64,000 nucleotides of DNA, from positions 18,542-82,541 of the IMG/VR virus record IMGVR_UViG_3300022682_000042. One strand, written 5' to 3'. Each line of letters opens with the position of its first letter. The first letter of the stretch is position 1. The stretch is from a virus. The position numbers and the translations under genes were made by a program. Of the stretch, positions 38,573-47,965 are shown one piece after another. Below the pieces are notes generated by a model. The model ran no database searches. It was given only the letters and a program-made list of their open reading frames with translations, and was not told the DNA's origin.

Positions 38573-39517
38573 ATGGCCCAAAGTATTGTGAGTAATGATA
38601 GTCTCCGGGTGGCCTTTGGCAATGCCCTACTTGACCTGGCCCTCCTATCTGACTTTCAAATTTTTGACGCCGACATAGCTGGAGGTTGCGGCCTTTCTCA
38701 GTTTCGGGAAACCTACCCGGACCGACTGACAAATGTGGGGATAGCTGAGGCCGGAATGGTCGGGATAGCAGCCGGTTACAGTCGGGCTACCGGTAGGAAG
38801 GCCATTGCAAGCACGTTTGCAATGTTTGGCTGGAGGGCCGCCGAAATTTTCTCCCTATCTGTGGCCTATAACCGATTTGATGTGACCTTGGCCCTTTCAC
38901 ACGCCGGACTCGGAACGGGCCCGGATGGGGCCAGTTGTCAGCCTATGAATGTTATTTCAACTTGGGCCTCTATCCCTAATACGGTGGTATTATGGCCCTC
39001 TACCCCGACCTTGATGCGACAGGCCGTAACCTGGCTATTGGGAGAGTATGAGGGGCCGGCAGTCCTGATAACGGGCCGGTCCCCGGTCACCTTTGATTTG
39101 CCGGAGGCCCATCGGTTCCATTTTGGCAAGGTTCAACCGGCCTGGGGGACCGACATCCCGGAGGTAGTTATTTGCGGGGTTGGGCCTGGGGTGGGGGTGG
39201 CTGTTGAGGCAGCCCAAATATTATCAAGTCGGGATATCCCAACTGTGGCCCTGGACTGCCATACTTTGGCCCCATTCGATGAGGCCGGGGTTAGAGGCTT
39301 TTGTAGTCCGGCCAAAGTGGTGGTTACGGTTGAGGATGGGGGACCGAGTGGCCTGTATAGTTTGGTTTGTCGAGCATTGGCTCAGGCCGAACGAAGGCCC
39401 CCGGTGGCCCCGGTTTGTGTCTGGGGGTGGGGAGAAAGCGGGGAGGCCCCGGAACTCTACGAGAAACACGGTATAACGGCTGAGGGGGTAATTAAGGCTG
39501 TGGAGAGGTGGTTATGA
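38573..39517 (+). CDS. Transketolase, C-terminal subunit
   Basis: YPDRLTNVGIAEAGMVG, GPDGASCQ and VVTVED motifs. Confidence 0.88.
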   Translation: MAQSIVSNDSLRVAFGNALLDLALLSDFQIFDADIAGGCGLSQFRETYPDRLTNVGIAEAGMVGIAAGYSRATGRKAIASTFAMFGWRAAEIFSLSVAYNRFDVTLALSHAGLGTGPDGASCQPMNVISTWASIPNTVVLWPSTPTLMRQAVTWLLGEYEGPAVLITGRSPVTFDLPEAHRFHFGKVQPAWGTDIPEVVICGVGPGVGVAVEAAQILSSRDIPTVALDCHTLAPFDEAGVRGFCSPAKVVVTVEDGGPSGLYSLVCRALAQAERRPPVAPVCVWGWGESGEAPELYEKHGITAEGVIKAVERWL

Positions 39518-40266
39518 TAGATTTATCAGGCCGAAATTATCTTGTCATTGGCGGCTCCGGCCTTCTCGGTCGGGCCATTGCCCTGGCTATTGCTGAGGCC
39601 GGGGGCCGGGTAGCTATTACCTTTGATGAAAACTTGGACGGGGCCAAAGCCACGGTCAGGCTATTGGGAGGCAAGGCCCTACCAGGCCCATACCGGTTAG
39701 ATGTCGTTGACCAGGACAGCCTTGAGGCTTTTGTAGATGACCTGAAACGAGAGGGGGTTCGGTTCGATGGCCTGGTCTACGGGGCCGGGGTCAACTCACC
39801 CGGTAGTATAAATCAGGTTAAGCCAGAGGTAGCCCGGTGGGTTATTGAGACAAATGTTATAGGGGCCTGGAATGTAGCCCAACAGATAACCCCGTTCGTT
39901 GACCCGGAAGGGTCGGTGGTTTTTATCGGGTCATCTTGTGCTTATACTGGGGGCAGAAAGTCAGTTCACTATTCAATGTCAAAGTCGGCCTTGAGTGGCC
40001 TTGTCCTGGGCCTGGCCTGGCAATTGGGGGACTCGCATAAGTTCGATGGGTGGTCCATCCGGGTAAACGTCGTTCATCCCGGTTATGTTGAAAGTCCGAT
40101 GGCTGACAAGGCCGGTTCAACAACCAATGAGGCCGTGGAACGCTCGGTCCTGAAACGACTGGCCAGGGCGGAAGAGATAGCCGGCCCGGTTTTGTGGCTA
40201 TTGTCCGATTTGAGTAGTTATGTGACCGGGCAAGAAATACGGATAGATGGGGGGTTGTTGCCGTGA
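39514..40266 (+). CDS. Short-chain dehydrogenase/reductase
   Basis: GGSGLLG, YSMSK, IRVNVVHPG and YVTGQEIRIDGG motifs. Confidence 0.9.
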   Translation: MIDLSGRNYLVIGGSGLLGRAIALAIAEAGGRVAITFDENLDGAKATVRLLGGKALPGPYRLDVVDQDSLEAFVDDLKREGVRFDGLVYGAGVNSPGSINQVKPEVARWVIETNVIGAWNVAQQITPFVDPEGSVVFIGSSCAYTGGRKSVHYSMSKSALSGLVLGLAWQLGDSHKFDGWSIRVNVVHPGYVESPMADKAGSTTNEAVERSVLKRLARAEEIAGPVLWLLSDLSSYVTGQEIRIDGGLLP

Positions 40267-41402
40267 CCCAACTAACCGGTAAGAATATCCTCTTTGTTGG
40301 CGGTCCCACTGAGGCAATCCCCGGTTTTGCTCAGGCCAAAGCCCTGGGGGTCAACGTCTATGTATCCGATGGAAACCCTGACAGTTTGGGGTTAAGATGG
40401 GCCAAAAAATACGGGGCCGGATGGGGAGTGGCCTCAACTTATGATACCGAACAGACTATTGACATAGCCTGGCGGTTGGCCGGGGGAAACCTTGACGGGA
40501 TTGTGGCCCTGTCTTGCGATGTAGGGCCGGTAGTAGCTCGAACGGCCCAAGCCCTGGGTTTACCCCACATCGACCCGGAAACAGCCGATCTATCCTGGGA
40601 TAAGCAAGCCTTAAGGGTCAAACTACAACGGGCTATGGTTCCGGTGGCTGACGGCTGGTTACATCCGGTAGATCGGGAATTATGGATGATACCGTCTGAG
40701 ACCTGGGTTATCAAACCTATTGGAGGCCGGGGTGGGCGTGGGGTCAGGCTAGCCCGAACAGCCGGAGAAATGAGACAGGCTATCAAAGAGGCCGGGCAAG
40801 TGGCCCGGTTGGTAGTCATTGAGCAATTTGTACCGGGGCCTCAAGTCAGTACAGAGACGATAATCTGGGGAGGCCAACCCGTCTTTACCGGCATTACAGA
40901 TCGGGATTATCGTTTTGACCAGACATTTCCATTCGTCACAGAATTTGGGGGGTGGGGTAGATCAAAGTACGACTCCAAACCTGTCCGGTATGGGATACGG
41001 GAAACGGTGGGAAAAGTAGTTAAGGCCCTGGGTATTGAGGCCGGAACGATAAAATGTGACATCGTTTTGGATGAAAGGCGGGGCCTTTTACCGACTATCA
41101 TAGAAACGGCTGTGGGTCGGCTGAGTGGGGGGTACAGTGCTACCCACTACTGGCCTATATGCTACGGGGTAGACTTTATCGGAGCAGCCCTCTCGGTAGC
41201 CTGTGGCCTTGACCCGGCTCCATTCCTGATACCATCCGGCAGGCCGTTGTATTGCCGGGGGATATACCGGGATGCGGTCAAAGCCCATTGTGGACCTGAG
41301 AGGGGCCGGTTCTTTTTGGCCCTGGGTAAAAGCCGGGAAGAGGCTGAATTGAAGGCAGAAAGAAAGGTAGAACAGTGGAAAAAACACACCAACAACTATT
41401 AA
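40263..41402 (+). CDS. ATP-grasp ligase
   Basis: DKQALR, VIKPIGGRGGRGV, IEQFVPGPQVS and IIETAVGRLSGG motifs. Confidence 0.85.
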   Translation: MTQLTGKNILFVGGPTEAIPGFAQAKALGVNVYVSDGNPDSLGLRWAKKYGAGWGVASTYDTEQTIDIAWRLAGGNLDGIVALSCDVGPVVARTAQALGLPHIDPETADLSWDKQALRVKLQRAMVPVADGWLHPVDRELWMIPSETWVIKPIGGRGGRGVRLARTAGEMRQAIKEAGQVARLVVIEQFVPGPQVSTETIIWGGQPVFTGITDRDYRFDQTFPFVTEFGGWGRSKYDSKPVRYGIRETVGKVVKALGIEAGTIKCDIVLDERRGLLPTIIETAVGRLSGGYSATHYWPICYGVDFIGAALSVACGLDPAPFLIPSGRPLYCRGIYRDAVKAHCGPERGRFFLALGKSREEAELKAERKVEQWKKHTNNY

Positions 41403-41590
41403 AAGACTTCCTGATGGAAGTCAAAATATCAGGCCGGATTATTGTCGGTAAACAGGCAGCCCTGGAAGCCTTTGCCAGATGGCTAGATAACCGGCAGGCC
41501 AATAAGGTGAGAAGGCAACAAGAGAAATCGGATAGTTATACAGTGCCGGTTCAGGCAGCCAAAATTATAGCTTCACGGGATGAAAAATGA
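41375..41590 (+). CDS. Small hypothetical protein
   Basis: 71 aa; coupled to its neighbours. Confidence 0.45.
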   Translation: MEKTHQQLLKDFLMEVKISGRIIVGKQAALEAFARWLDNRQANKVRRQQEKSDSYTVPVQAAKIIASRDEK

Positions 41591-42402
41591 TACAAATGGT
41601 CGGGGACGAAAAACTGGATAAATTTTTGTCAGACCATAATATTATTGTAGATACCCTGGATAACGGGTTGACGTTATCCAGTAATCTTAATGATGACCAG
41701 GTTTTTCTGTCTCTTGAGCAATCCCCGGTAGTAGTCAGAGAACAACCCCGGCCTATTTGTGTGATGGTAGCTGGCGTCCCCCGGTCTGGTACATCCTGTT
41801 TGGCCGGGGTATTACACAGGTTAGGGGTCAGAATGGGGCCGTTTATCAATACAGATTCTGAGGCCAACCGAATGGGATATCATGAACATCTAGGGCTGGT
41901 TACATTTCATAGTAATTGGACCGGCCAAAATGTTCGGGAAGAATGGGACCCGGCCAACATTACAAGGTTGGTAAAAATGGATGAAGAAACCAGAGAAGCC
42001 TATCAGGATGTGATTAAAGAGAGTGAGGAATGGGTTGGGCCTGGGAGCTTATGGGGGTTTAAGGATTTACGGATTTATCATTTTATCAACGAGTTTGTTA
42101 AATTAACCAGGTCTGAACTGATGGTGGTTGATGTTATCAGAAACACGGAAGCTACAATAGCTTCTATTGCTAATTACCCCGGCTTTAAAGGAGACCCCAA
42201 AAAAACATTTGAAGCGTGGCACATGATGAAACAGATTGCGTTAAATGTTTTAACCAACTATGGTGCGCCCCGGTTAGTTATAGCTTATGAGGCCCTGCTA
42301 TCAAACCCGGGCCGGCAAGTTCAATATATTGCTAATTTTTTAGGGGTTAAGATGAATGAGGCGGCCATTGAATTTATTGATCCAACTTTGAATAGGCATT
42401 GA
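41587..42402 (+). CDS. Sulfotransferase-family protein
   Basis: GVPRSGTSCLAGVLHRLGV, WGFKDLR, YEALL and FIDPTLNRH motifs. Confidence 0.8.
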   Translation: MIQMVGDEKLDKFLSDHNIIVDTLDNGLTLSSNLNDDQVFLSLEQSPVVVREQPRPICVMVAGVPRSGTSCLAGVLHRLGVRMGPFINTDSEANRMGYHEHLGLVTFHSNWTGQNVREEWDPANITRLVKMDEETREAYQDVIKESEEWVGPGSLWGFKDLRIYHFINEFVKLTRSELMVVDVIRNTEATIASIANYPGFKGDPKKTFEAWHMMKQIALNVLTNYGAPRLVIAYEALLSNPGRQVQYIANFLGVKMNEAAIEFIDPTLNRH

Positions 42403-42403
42403 T

Positions 42404-43417
42404 ATGACTGACCTACTAACTGTTCTCTGCGCCCGGACCTCCTCAGAACGGCTCCCCGGCAAGGTCCTGGCCCCAATCTGTGGCTCTCCTTTGTTGGCCT
42501 GGATAATACGCCGGTTGTCTCACCCTACCACCGGGGTCGGGGGCAAGGTAGTAGTAGGGACAACCACCCTGCCGGAAGATGACGAGATAGAGCAGGTAGC
42601 TCGGCAGGAAGGAGTTGACTGTTACCGGCATCCAGACCCGGATGATGTAACCGGTCGGGTCTATGAATGTGCCAAACGATGGCCTTCCCGGTTTATCCTC
42701 AGAGCCTTATGTGACTGTCCCTGGTTGGCCACCGATTTGGTCCGCCGGTCAGTTCACGTTATGAGGCGGTCTGAGGGTGATCTGTTCCTGTGGTATGGTC
42801 AGAATACAAGTTTAGTCTACGGGGCCAGTGAGTTCCCTTGGTCCCATCGGGTTTGGGCCTATACCCAGGAAAATGGCAAAGGAGACGAACGGGAACACCC
42901 CTCCCTATATGTTCACCGGAACCGGGGCCTGTGGGCAACCTCAACCTGTTACCACGACCCTCCCCCGGCAGTTTATTACCGGCATCCCCACCGGCTACGA
43001 CTTGAGGTAGACTGGCCTGAAGATTTGGCCCTGGTCCGGGCTGTGTCTGAGAAAGGCCCTGGGATGTTGGCCCCCTTAGATGAGGTTGTCAGGTGGCTGG
43101 ATAAACACGATGAGATAGCAGCCCTAAACCGTCACAGGGTCGAACGGACCGGGAACATTGCCAGTTATCCCCCCGACCTTCATCGGGAATGGTATAAATT
43201 GATGAAGGATAGCCCGGTCTGGACGTGGGACAATAAGTTGGTTGAGTCTCCGGTTGGCCGAAAGGGGTCTCCGGTCTGTTGTGATAATTGCGGCTTGTTA
43301 TTGGGGTGGGGACTGGATGGCCGGTTCGTGGAACGTAAGACCGGGGGAATATGGGATGAGGGGCGACTTCCCTGTATTAACTGTGGGGAGGTTCGGGTTT
43401 GGGCGAGGAGTAAGTAA
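42404..43417 (+). CDS. SpsF/PseF-like cytidylyltransferase with a C-terminal zinc ribbon
   Basis: ARTSSERLPGKVL, DCP, REH and RLEVDWPEDL motifs; tail CDNCG..CINCG. Confidence 0.85.
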   Translation: MTDLLTVLCARTSSERLPGKVLAPICGSPLLAWIIRRLSHPTTGVGGKVVVGTTTLPEDDEIEQVARQEGVDCYRHPDPDDVTGRVYECAKRWPSRFILRALCDCPWLATDLVRRSVHVMRRSEGDLFLWYGQNTSLVYGASEFPWSHRVWAYTQENGKGDEREHPSLYVHRNRGLWATSTCYHDPPPAVYYRHPHRLRLEVDWPEDLALVRAVSEKGPGMLAPLDEVVRWLDKHDEIAALNRHRVERTGNIASYPPDLHREWYKLMKDSPVWTWDNKLVESPVGRKGSPVCCDNCGLLLGWGLDGRFVERKTGGIWDEGRLPCINCGEVRVWARSK

Positions 43418-43442
43418 AAGAAGCCCTAACCAGGGCTTTTTT

Positions 43443-43577
43443 TTGATTTAATTCAAGTATTGTGTTATAATATATTTTGAGATTGGTTGATTGTGACATT
43501 GTAAAAAGTGTTGTAATGTGTTAAACTGTAGCAAAGCAAGGCCGGGAGATGACCCCAGGGTTATCCCGGCCTTTTTC
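43443..43577 (+). promoter_or_regulatory. Promoter and terminator-like hairpin upstream of the portal gene
   Basis: TTGATT-17-TATAAT, then GGCCGGGA..TCCCGGCC followed by TTTT. Confidence 0.55.
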
Positions 43578-43591
43578 TTTGTGAGGACAAA

Positions 43592-46078
43592 ATGACAGAA
43601 TATTTGACGGCCAAAGAAGTCAAAGAGCGATACGGTTTTGATAGGTCCAGTCTACTCCGATGGGAGGATGCCGGCCAACTACAGGTTGACCGGACCCCAT
43701 CGGGGGGCCAAAGACGTTACCGGCCGGAGGCCATTGAAAAAGCGATGATTGGGGGTGGTCGGGATATCCCGACTGCCAAACAAGATGACAGGCCAACCAG
43801 ACAACGGCCCAGGGGGGCTATGTTTGCCGAACTGGGAGCACCGGGCCTGACTCGTTTTGGTGGCTCGGTTTTAGAGGAACGTTTATCTGAACTACAGGGT
43901 CATAAGGGGTGGCGGCGATACAGAGAAATGAGGAGCAACGATGCGGTTATTGCCGCCGTCTTCTTCGGCCTGGTCAACGCTCTCAAGCAGCCCTCAGTCA
44001 GGGTCAAACCGGCCTCAGACAAAGACCCTGACAAACGGGTGGCCGAGTTCGTGCAGTCCTGCCTGGATGATATGTCGTTTACCTGGAACGATACGATGGA
44101 CCTGATTCTCAACCCGGTCTTTGAACAAGGTTTTGCAGTGCCGGAAATAGTCTATAAACGCCGGTTGGGGCCGGACGATGAGACCCCATCCCGGTATAAT
44201 GATGGCCTGATAGGGTGGCGCAAGTGGGCGCCGAGGCCAGCCGAAAGTTTGGCCGACGGCAACGAATGGATATTCGATGCCAATGGGGGGGTCCGGGGCA
44301 TTAACCAACAATTCGATTATGACATCACCCCCTCGACCCCGATAGTCCCTAAAGAGGTTCCGGGCCTCAACCCCAATGAGACCCAACCAGCCCTGGCCTC
44401 TATTCCCATTGAAAAGTTACTTCACTTTCGGACTACCCTACATCCGGCCAATACACCGGAGGGGATGTCAATATTACGGCCAATGTGGCAAAGTTACTGG
44501 ATGTCTCAAAATATGATGGAGATTGAAGGTATCGGGGTCGAACGGGACTTGGGTGGTATCCCGGTCATCTATCTGGGGCAGGGGACAACGTTAGGCGATG
44601 ACCCGAATAGCGACTGGTCAATTTCCAAAGACATTGTGACCAATATCCGGGTAGACGAACAACACGGGGTAGTCATCCCCCACCCCAAATTGGGGACAGT
44701 TGGTAATACCGGCCAGGGAGTGTTATTGGAGCTATTGTCAACCGGCGGCCGGCGGCAGTGGGATGTAGGAAATATCATTGATCGGTATGATAAACGGAAA
44801 GCCCTGTCAGCTCTGGCCCAATTCATTATGTTGGGGATGCAACAGGTGGGGAGTTATGCCCTATCCAGCCACCAGGGAGATTTATTTGTACTGGCAGCCC
44901 AGGCCCATTTGCAAGCCGTGGCCGGGGTCATCAATCGGCACGGAGTCAGACGGTTAGTTGAGCTAAACCCCTTCCCCGGTATGACCGGCCTGCCCGAAGT
45001 GGCCTTTTCCCCGGTTGGGGTTCCCAAGTTGGAAGAATTGTCTGAATTCGTGAATAAGCTAGTTGAACGGGAAGTGTTGACCCCGGATCAAGAGTTGGAG
45101 CGACATCTCAGGCAGGTAGCCGGGTTGCCTCAGAAGCCTATCCAGGTTATGGATGATACAATAACCGAAACGGACCGGGTGGAACGGGACGCCGAACGAA
45201 CGGCCCTGTTACTCCGCCGGATAAGTCTGGCCGTGGACCCGTTAGAAGAGTTGGGGGCCATCAATCCGGGAGAGGGAGCAGAACTATTGAGGCCCCTGGT
45301 TGAGGAACTAAAAGATAGCCTGCGGGGTGACCCAACTTTACCCGGTATCGGGGAGGACCAGTACAGTGATATGGTGCAGGCGGCCAAACTCCGGCTCAAG
45401 TACGACCGGGCAGCCGGGGTCAAGTTAGAGAAAGCGGCCCGGCAGTACGTTGATCGGTTAAAAAAAAAGTCGGAGTTGGACCCGGTAGCCAAGCAAGGGG
45501 GGCCGGGGTTGGCTATCGTGGAGGCAGCTGAGAGACGGGCCTTGGAACTGTGGCAGGAACTCGAAGAGAGATTGGCCGGGGATGAAATACCGGCCCTGGC
45601 TGTTCAGGAATGGCGACAGGACCTTGAGGCCGAGTTAGCGGCAGCCATAGAAACGGCCTGGTATGCCGGCCGGCAGTCAATGGGAGAAGACCCGGACGAA
45701 CTGGATGAGGGGGGCTTGGTTGGGGGCCTGGTCCTGGATATGTCAGGATACTTGAGCCGAATGGCCGATGAGATGACCGGGGCTTTTAGCCTGATGCCAA
45801 CCAGGGATGAAATATTGGTGGGCCTGGGGGCTTACTATGGCCGGATGTTGATGTATCCTGGGGAGGCGTGGGCAGCTTACAATGAGGCCAGAGTTTATAA
45901 CCAACCACCGGATAGCCTATGGGAATGGTCAGGGCCGGACGATGACCGAACATGTGTTACTTGTTCCAGAGAGGTTAGGGCCGGACCGAGGCCATTGTCT
46001 GAAATAACGGTTTTGCCGGGTAGAGATACGGAATGTCGGACCAATTGCCGACATTTGATAGTTCCGGTCAGGAGATAA
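43592..46078 (+). CDS. Portal protein (DUF935/Mu gp29-like) fused to an N-terminal MerR-type HTH and a C-terminal MuF-like domain
   Basis: HTH (LTAKEV..SLLRWEDAG..RTPSGGQRRY); portal (YREMRSND, EIVYKRR, IEGIGVERDLGGIPV, GSYALS); MuF-like end (DDRTCVTC..CRTNCRH). Confidence 0.8.
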   Translation: MTEYLTAKEVKERYGFDRSSLLRWEDAGQLQVDRTPSGGQRRYRPEAIEKAMIGGGRDIPTAKQDDRPTRQRPRGAMFAELGAPGLTRFGGSVLEERLSELQGHKGWRRYREMRSNDAVIAAVFFGLVNALKQPSVRVKPASDKDPDKRVAEFVQSCLDDMSFTWNDTMDLILNPVFEQGFAVPEIVYKRRLGPDDETPSRYNDGLIGWRKWAPRPAESLADGNEWIFDANGGVRGINQQFDYDITPSTPIVPKEVPGLNPNETQPALASIPIEKLLHFRTTLHPANTPEGMSILRPMWQSYWMSQNMMEIEGIGVERDLGGIPVIYLGQGTTLGDDPNSDWSISKDIVTNIRVDEQHGVVIPHPKLGTVGNTGQGVLLELLSTGGRRQWDVGNIIDRYDKRKALSALAQFIMLGMQQVGSYALSSHQGDLFVLAAQAHLQAVAGVINRHGVRRLVELNPFPGMTGLPEVAFSPVGVPKLEELSEFVNKLVEREVLTPDQELERHLRQVAGLPQKPIQVMDDTITETDRVERDAERTALLLRRISLAVDPLEELGAINPGEGAELLRPLVEELKDSLRGDPTLPGIGEDQYSDMVQAAKLRLKYDRAAGVKLEKAARQYVDRLKKKSELDPVAKQGGPGLAIVEAAERRALELWQELEERLAGDEIPALAVQEWRQDLEAELAAAIETAWYAGRQSMGEDPDELDEGGLVGGLVLDMSGYLSRMADEMTGAFSLMPTRDEILVGLGAYYGRMLMYPGEAWAAYNEARVYNQPPDSLWEWSGPDDDRTCVTCSREVRAGPRPLSEITVLPGRDTECRTNCRHLIVPVRR

Positions 46079-46434
46079 TGAGTTTATCAGTGATAACGTT
46101 AGCCTGGCTGTTATCGACCAGTGTAACGGTTTTAGGCCCTGGCACGTTGGCCCCGGCTGACCCTGGGATACTGGAAGAGGTAGCCAACCGGCGGGCCATC
46201 TACGGCTGGACCGATACCGGGGATTGGCAAGAGTACGATGTCCTGGTAGCTCCGGCCAACTGTGATTATCTGGGCCGGGCCGGGTGGTTATATCTCAGGG
46301 GAAAACGGTACACGGCCCTGGTCGTGGACTGTGAGGCCCGACATCACCGGGGCCAAATGGAGCACCGGAATATTCTGGCCGATGTAAACCGGCCCGGCCT
46401 GGGCCACAAGAAAGGGTGGTTAGTTTTAAGATGA
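46078..46434 (+). CDS. Small secreted protein, possible RlpA/DPBB-like cell-wall protein
   Basis: Hydrophobic N-terminus; NCDYLG..ALVVDC..ADV pattern. Confidence 0.4.
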   Translation: MSLSVITLAWLLSTSVTVLGPGTLAPADPGILEEVANRRAIYGWTDTGDWQEYDVLVAPANCDYLGRAGWLYLRGKRYTALVVDCEARHHRGQMEHRNILADVNRPGLGHKKGWLVLR

Positions 46435-46599
46435 CCGATATTACCTTGACCGATACCGAGGCCCGGTTATCCTTCCTGGCCGACATTCTGGCCGAGCAGG
46501 GGGCCGGGGCTGCGGTTTCGTGGTATAATATTTGTAGGCGACACGATTTGACGCCGTTGGGGGTAGTATTGGATATTCAACAACAAGACAGGCAGGCCG

Positions 46600-47793
46600 A
46601 TGGACCAGATAAAAAATAGAGTTATCAAACGAGGTCGGGCAAAGGTTTCTGACTTCAAAGTCAATAGACACAACCCCAAGAAACATCCCCGCCAGCAGCT
46701 TCAACGGCTTGAGTCTGTCCTGGATAAATTTGGGCAGGTGGGGGAGTTGTATGTCTATCGGTCAGATAGAAATAACGGGGAATGGACTTTGTTTGATGGC
46801 CATGCCCGGCAACGACTTGACCCTAAACAAGAGTGGGATATTGCCTATACTGACCTGACTGACAAGGATGTGGACGAGCTTGTTTTGTACTATGACCCCC
46901 TGGCTATGTTGGCTGAAAATCTGGCCGATGAACAAATGAGTTTGATGGCTGACTTGTCCGATGTGGGAGGTATCCTGGGGGATTATCTGGATGAGTTGGC
47001 CGAGATAAGTGGGTTTAGTCGGAATGGGCATAACTCGGATGAGGGTAAGGATACAGAGCCACAAATTGATCGGGCCGAGGAATTAAGGGAAAAATGGCAG
47101 GTGGAGTTAGGACAGCTTTGGGCCTGCGGTGACCACCGAATTATCTGTGGTGATTGTACGGATAGGGCAGTAGTTGAACGGGTGATGGGGGGGGAAATAG
47201 CAAATATTCAGATTCAAGACCCTCCTTATGGTATAGAATTAGATGTGGATTTTACAAAAATGGCAAAGAAAGGTAACAAGTATGTTGCTGTTTTTGGTGA
47301 TGAAAAACCATATTTGTATGGAGAATTTCCAGTAAAGACAAAAGAAGAGTTTTGGTTTGGGGCTGATTACTATTGTCAGACTTTACCAATTGGTGGAAGT
47401 TGGTTTGTTTGGGATAAATTTCCAACAGATGAAGGTGAAGGAGAAAGATTTGGTAATTTGTTTGAAATGGTGTGGAGCAAAGCTAAACATAAAAAAAGGA
47501 TTTTTAGGATAAAGGCTATAAACGTTAGCTGGCAGACTGTAAAAGAAAAACAACCACATCCAACACAAAAACCGGTTAAGTTGATAGAAACTATACTTAG
47601 TGATTATTCAAAAAATGGCGATTTTTGTTTAGATGGATACTGTGGCTCCGGCACAACCTTAATTGCCTGCCAAAATCTATCCCGACAATGCCGGGGTATT
47701 GAAATAGAACCAAAGTATATCGCCGTAACACTTGAAAGATTTTATCAACATACCGGCATTGAACCGGTCTTACTTAGCTCTGGGGGGCCTTGA
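46600..47793 (+). CDS. ParB-like N-terminal domain plus N4C/N6A DNA methyltransferase
   Basis: NPKKH..DGHAR; HRIICGDC, DPPYG, HPTQKP and DGYCGSGTT motifs. Confidence 0.85.
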   Translation: MDQIKNRVIKRGRAKVSDFKVNRHNPKKHPRQQLQRLESVLDKFGQVGELYVYRSDRNNGEWTLFDGHARQRLDPKQEWDIAYTDLTDKDVDELVLYYDPLAMLAENLADEQMSLMADLSDVGGILGDYLDELAEISGFSRNGHNSDEGKDTEPQIDRAEELREKWQVELGQLWACGDHRIICGDCTDRAVVERVMGGEIANIQIQDPPYGIELDVDFTKMAKKGNKYVAVFGDEKPYLYGEFPVKTKEEFWFGADYYCQTLPIGGSWFVWDKFPTDEGEGERFGNLFEMVWSKAKHKKRIFRIKAINVSWQTVKEKQPHPTQKPVKLIETILSDYSKNGDFCLDGYCGSGTTLIACQNLSRQCRGIEIEPKYIAVTLERFYQHTGIEPVLLSSGGP

Positions 47794-47942
47794 ACAGATG
47801 TTCAACCTATGATATAATAAAGCCAAATAAGGGACGCCAAGATGACAGCACTCGCAAAATACTATATAATGTTATCAAACCCCTTCGGGCCGTGTTGTCA
47901 GATTGGCGTCTCCGACACGAACTAGCCTGACGGGGTTTTTTT
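47790..47942 (+). promoter_or_regulatory. Promoter plus a structured leader with a terminator-like hairpin
   Basis: TTGAAC-17-TATAAT. Stem 47877-47890/47925-47938 with a T-run. 47833-47851 pairs with 47892-47910. Confidence 0.6.
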
Positions 47943-47965
47943 ATCTGACAAAAGGAGACGCCAAA

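Noticed and set aside
43592-43760. HTH resembling the N-terminus of IS607 TnpA as the partner of tnpB
   Set aside because: No serine-recombinase catalytic domain, in frame with the portal and 5 kb away. The tnpB element has hairpin ends of IS200/IS605 type.
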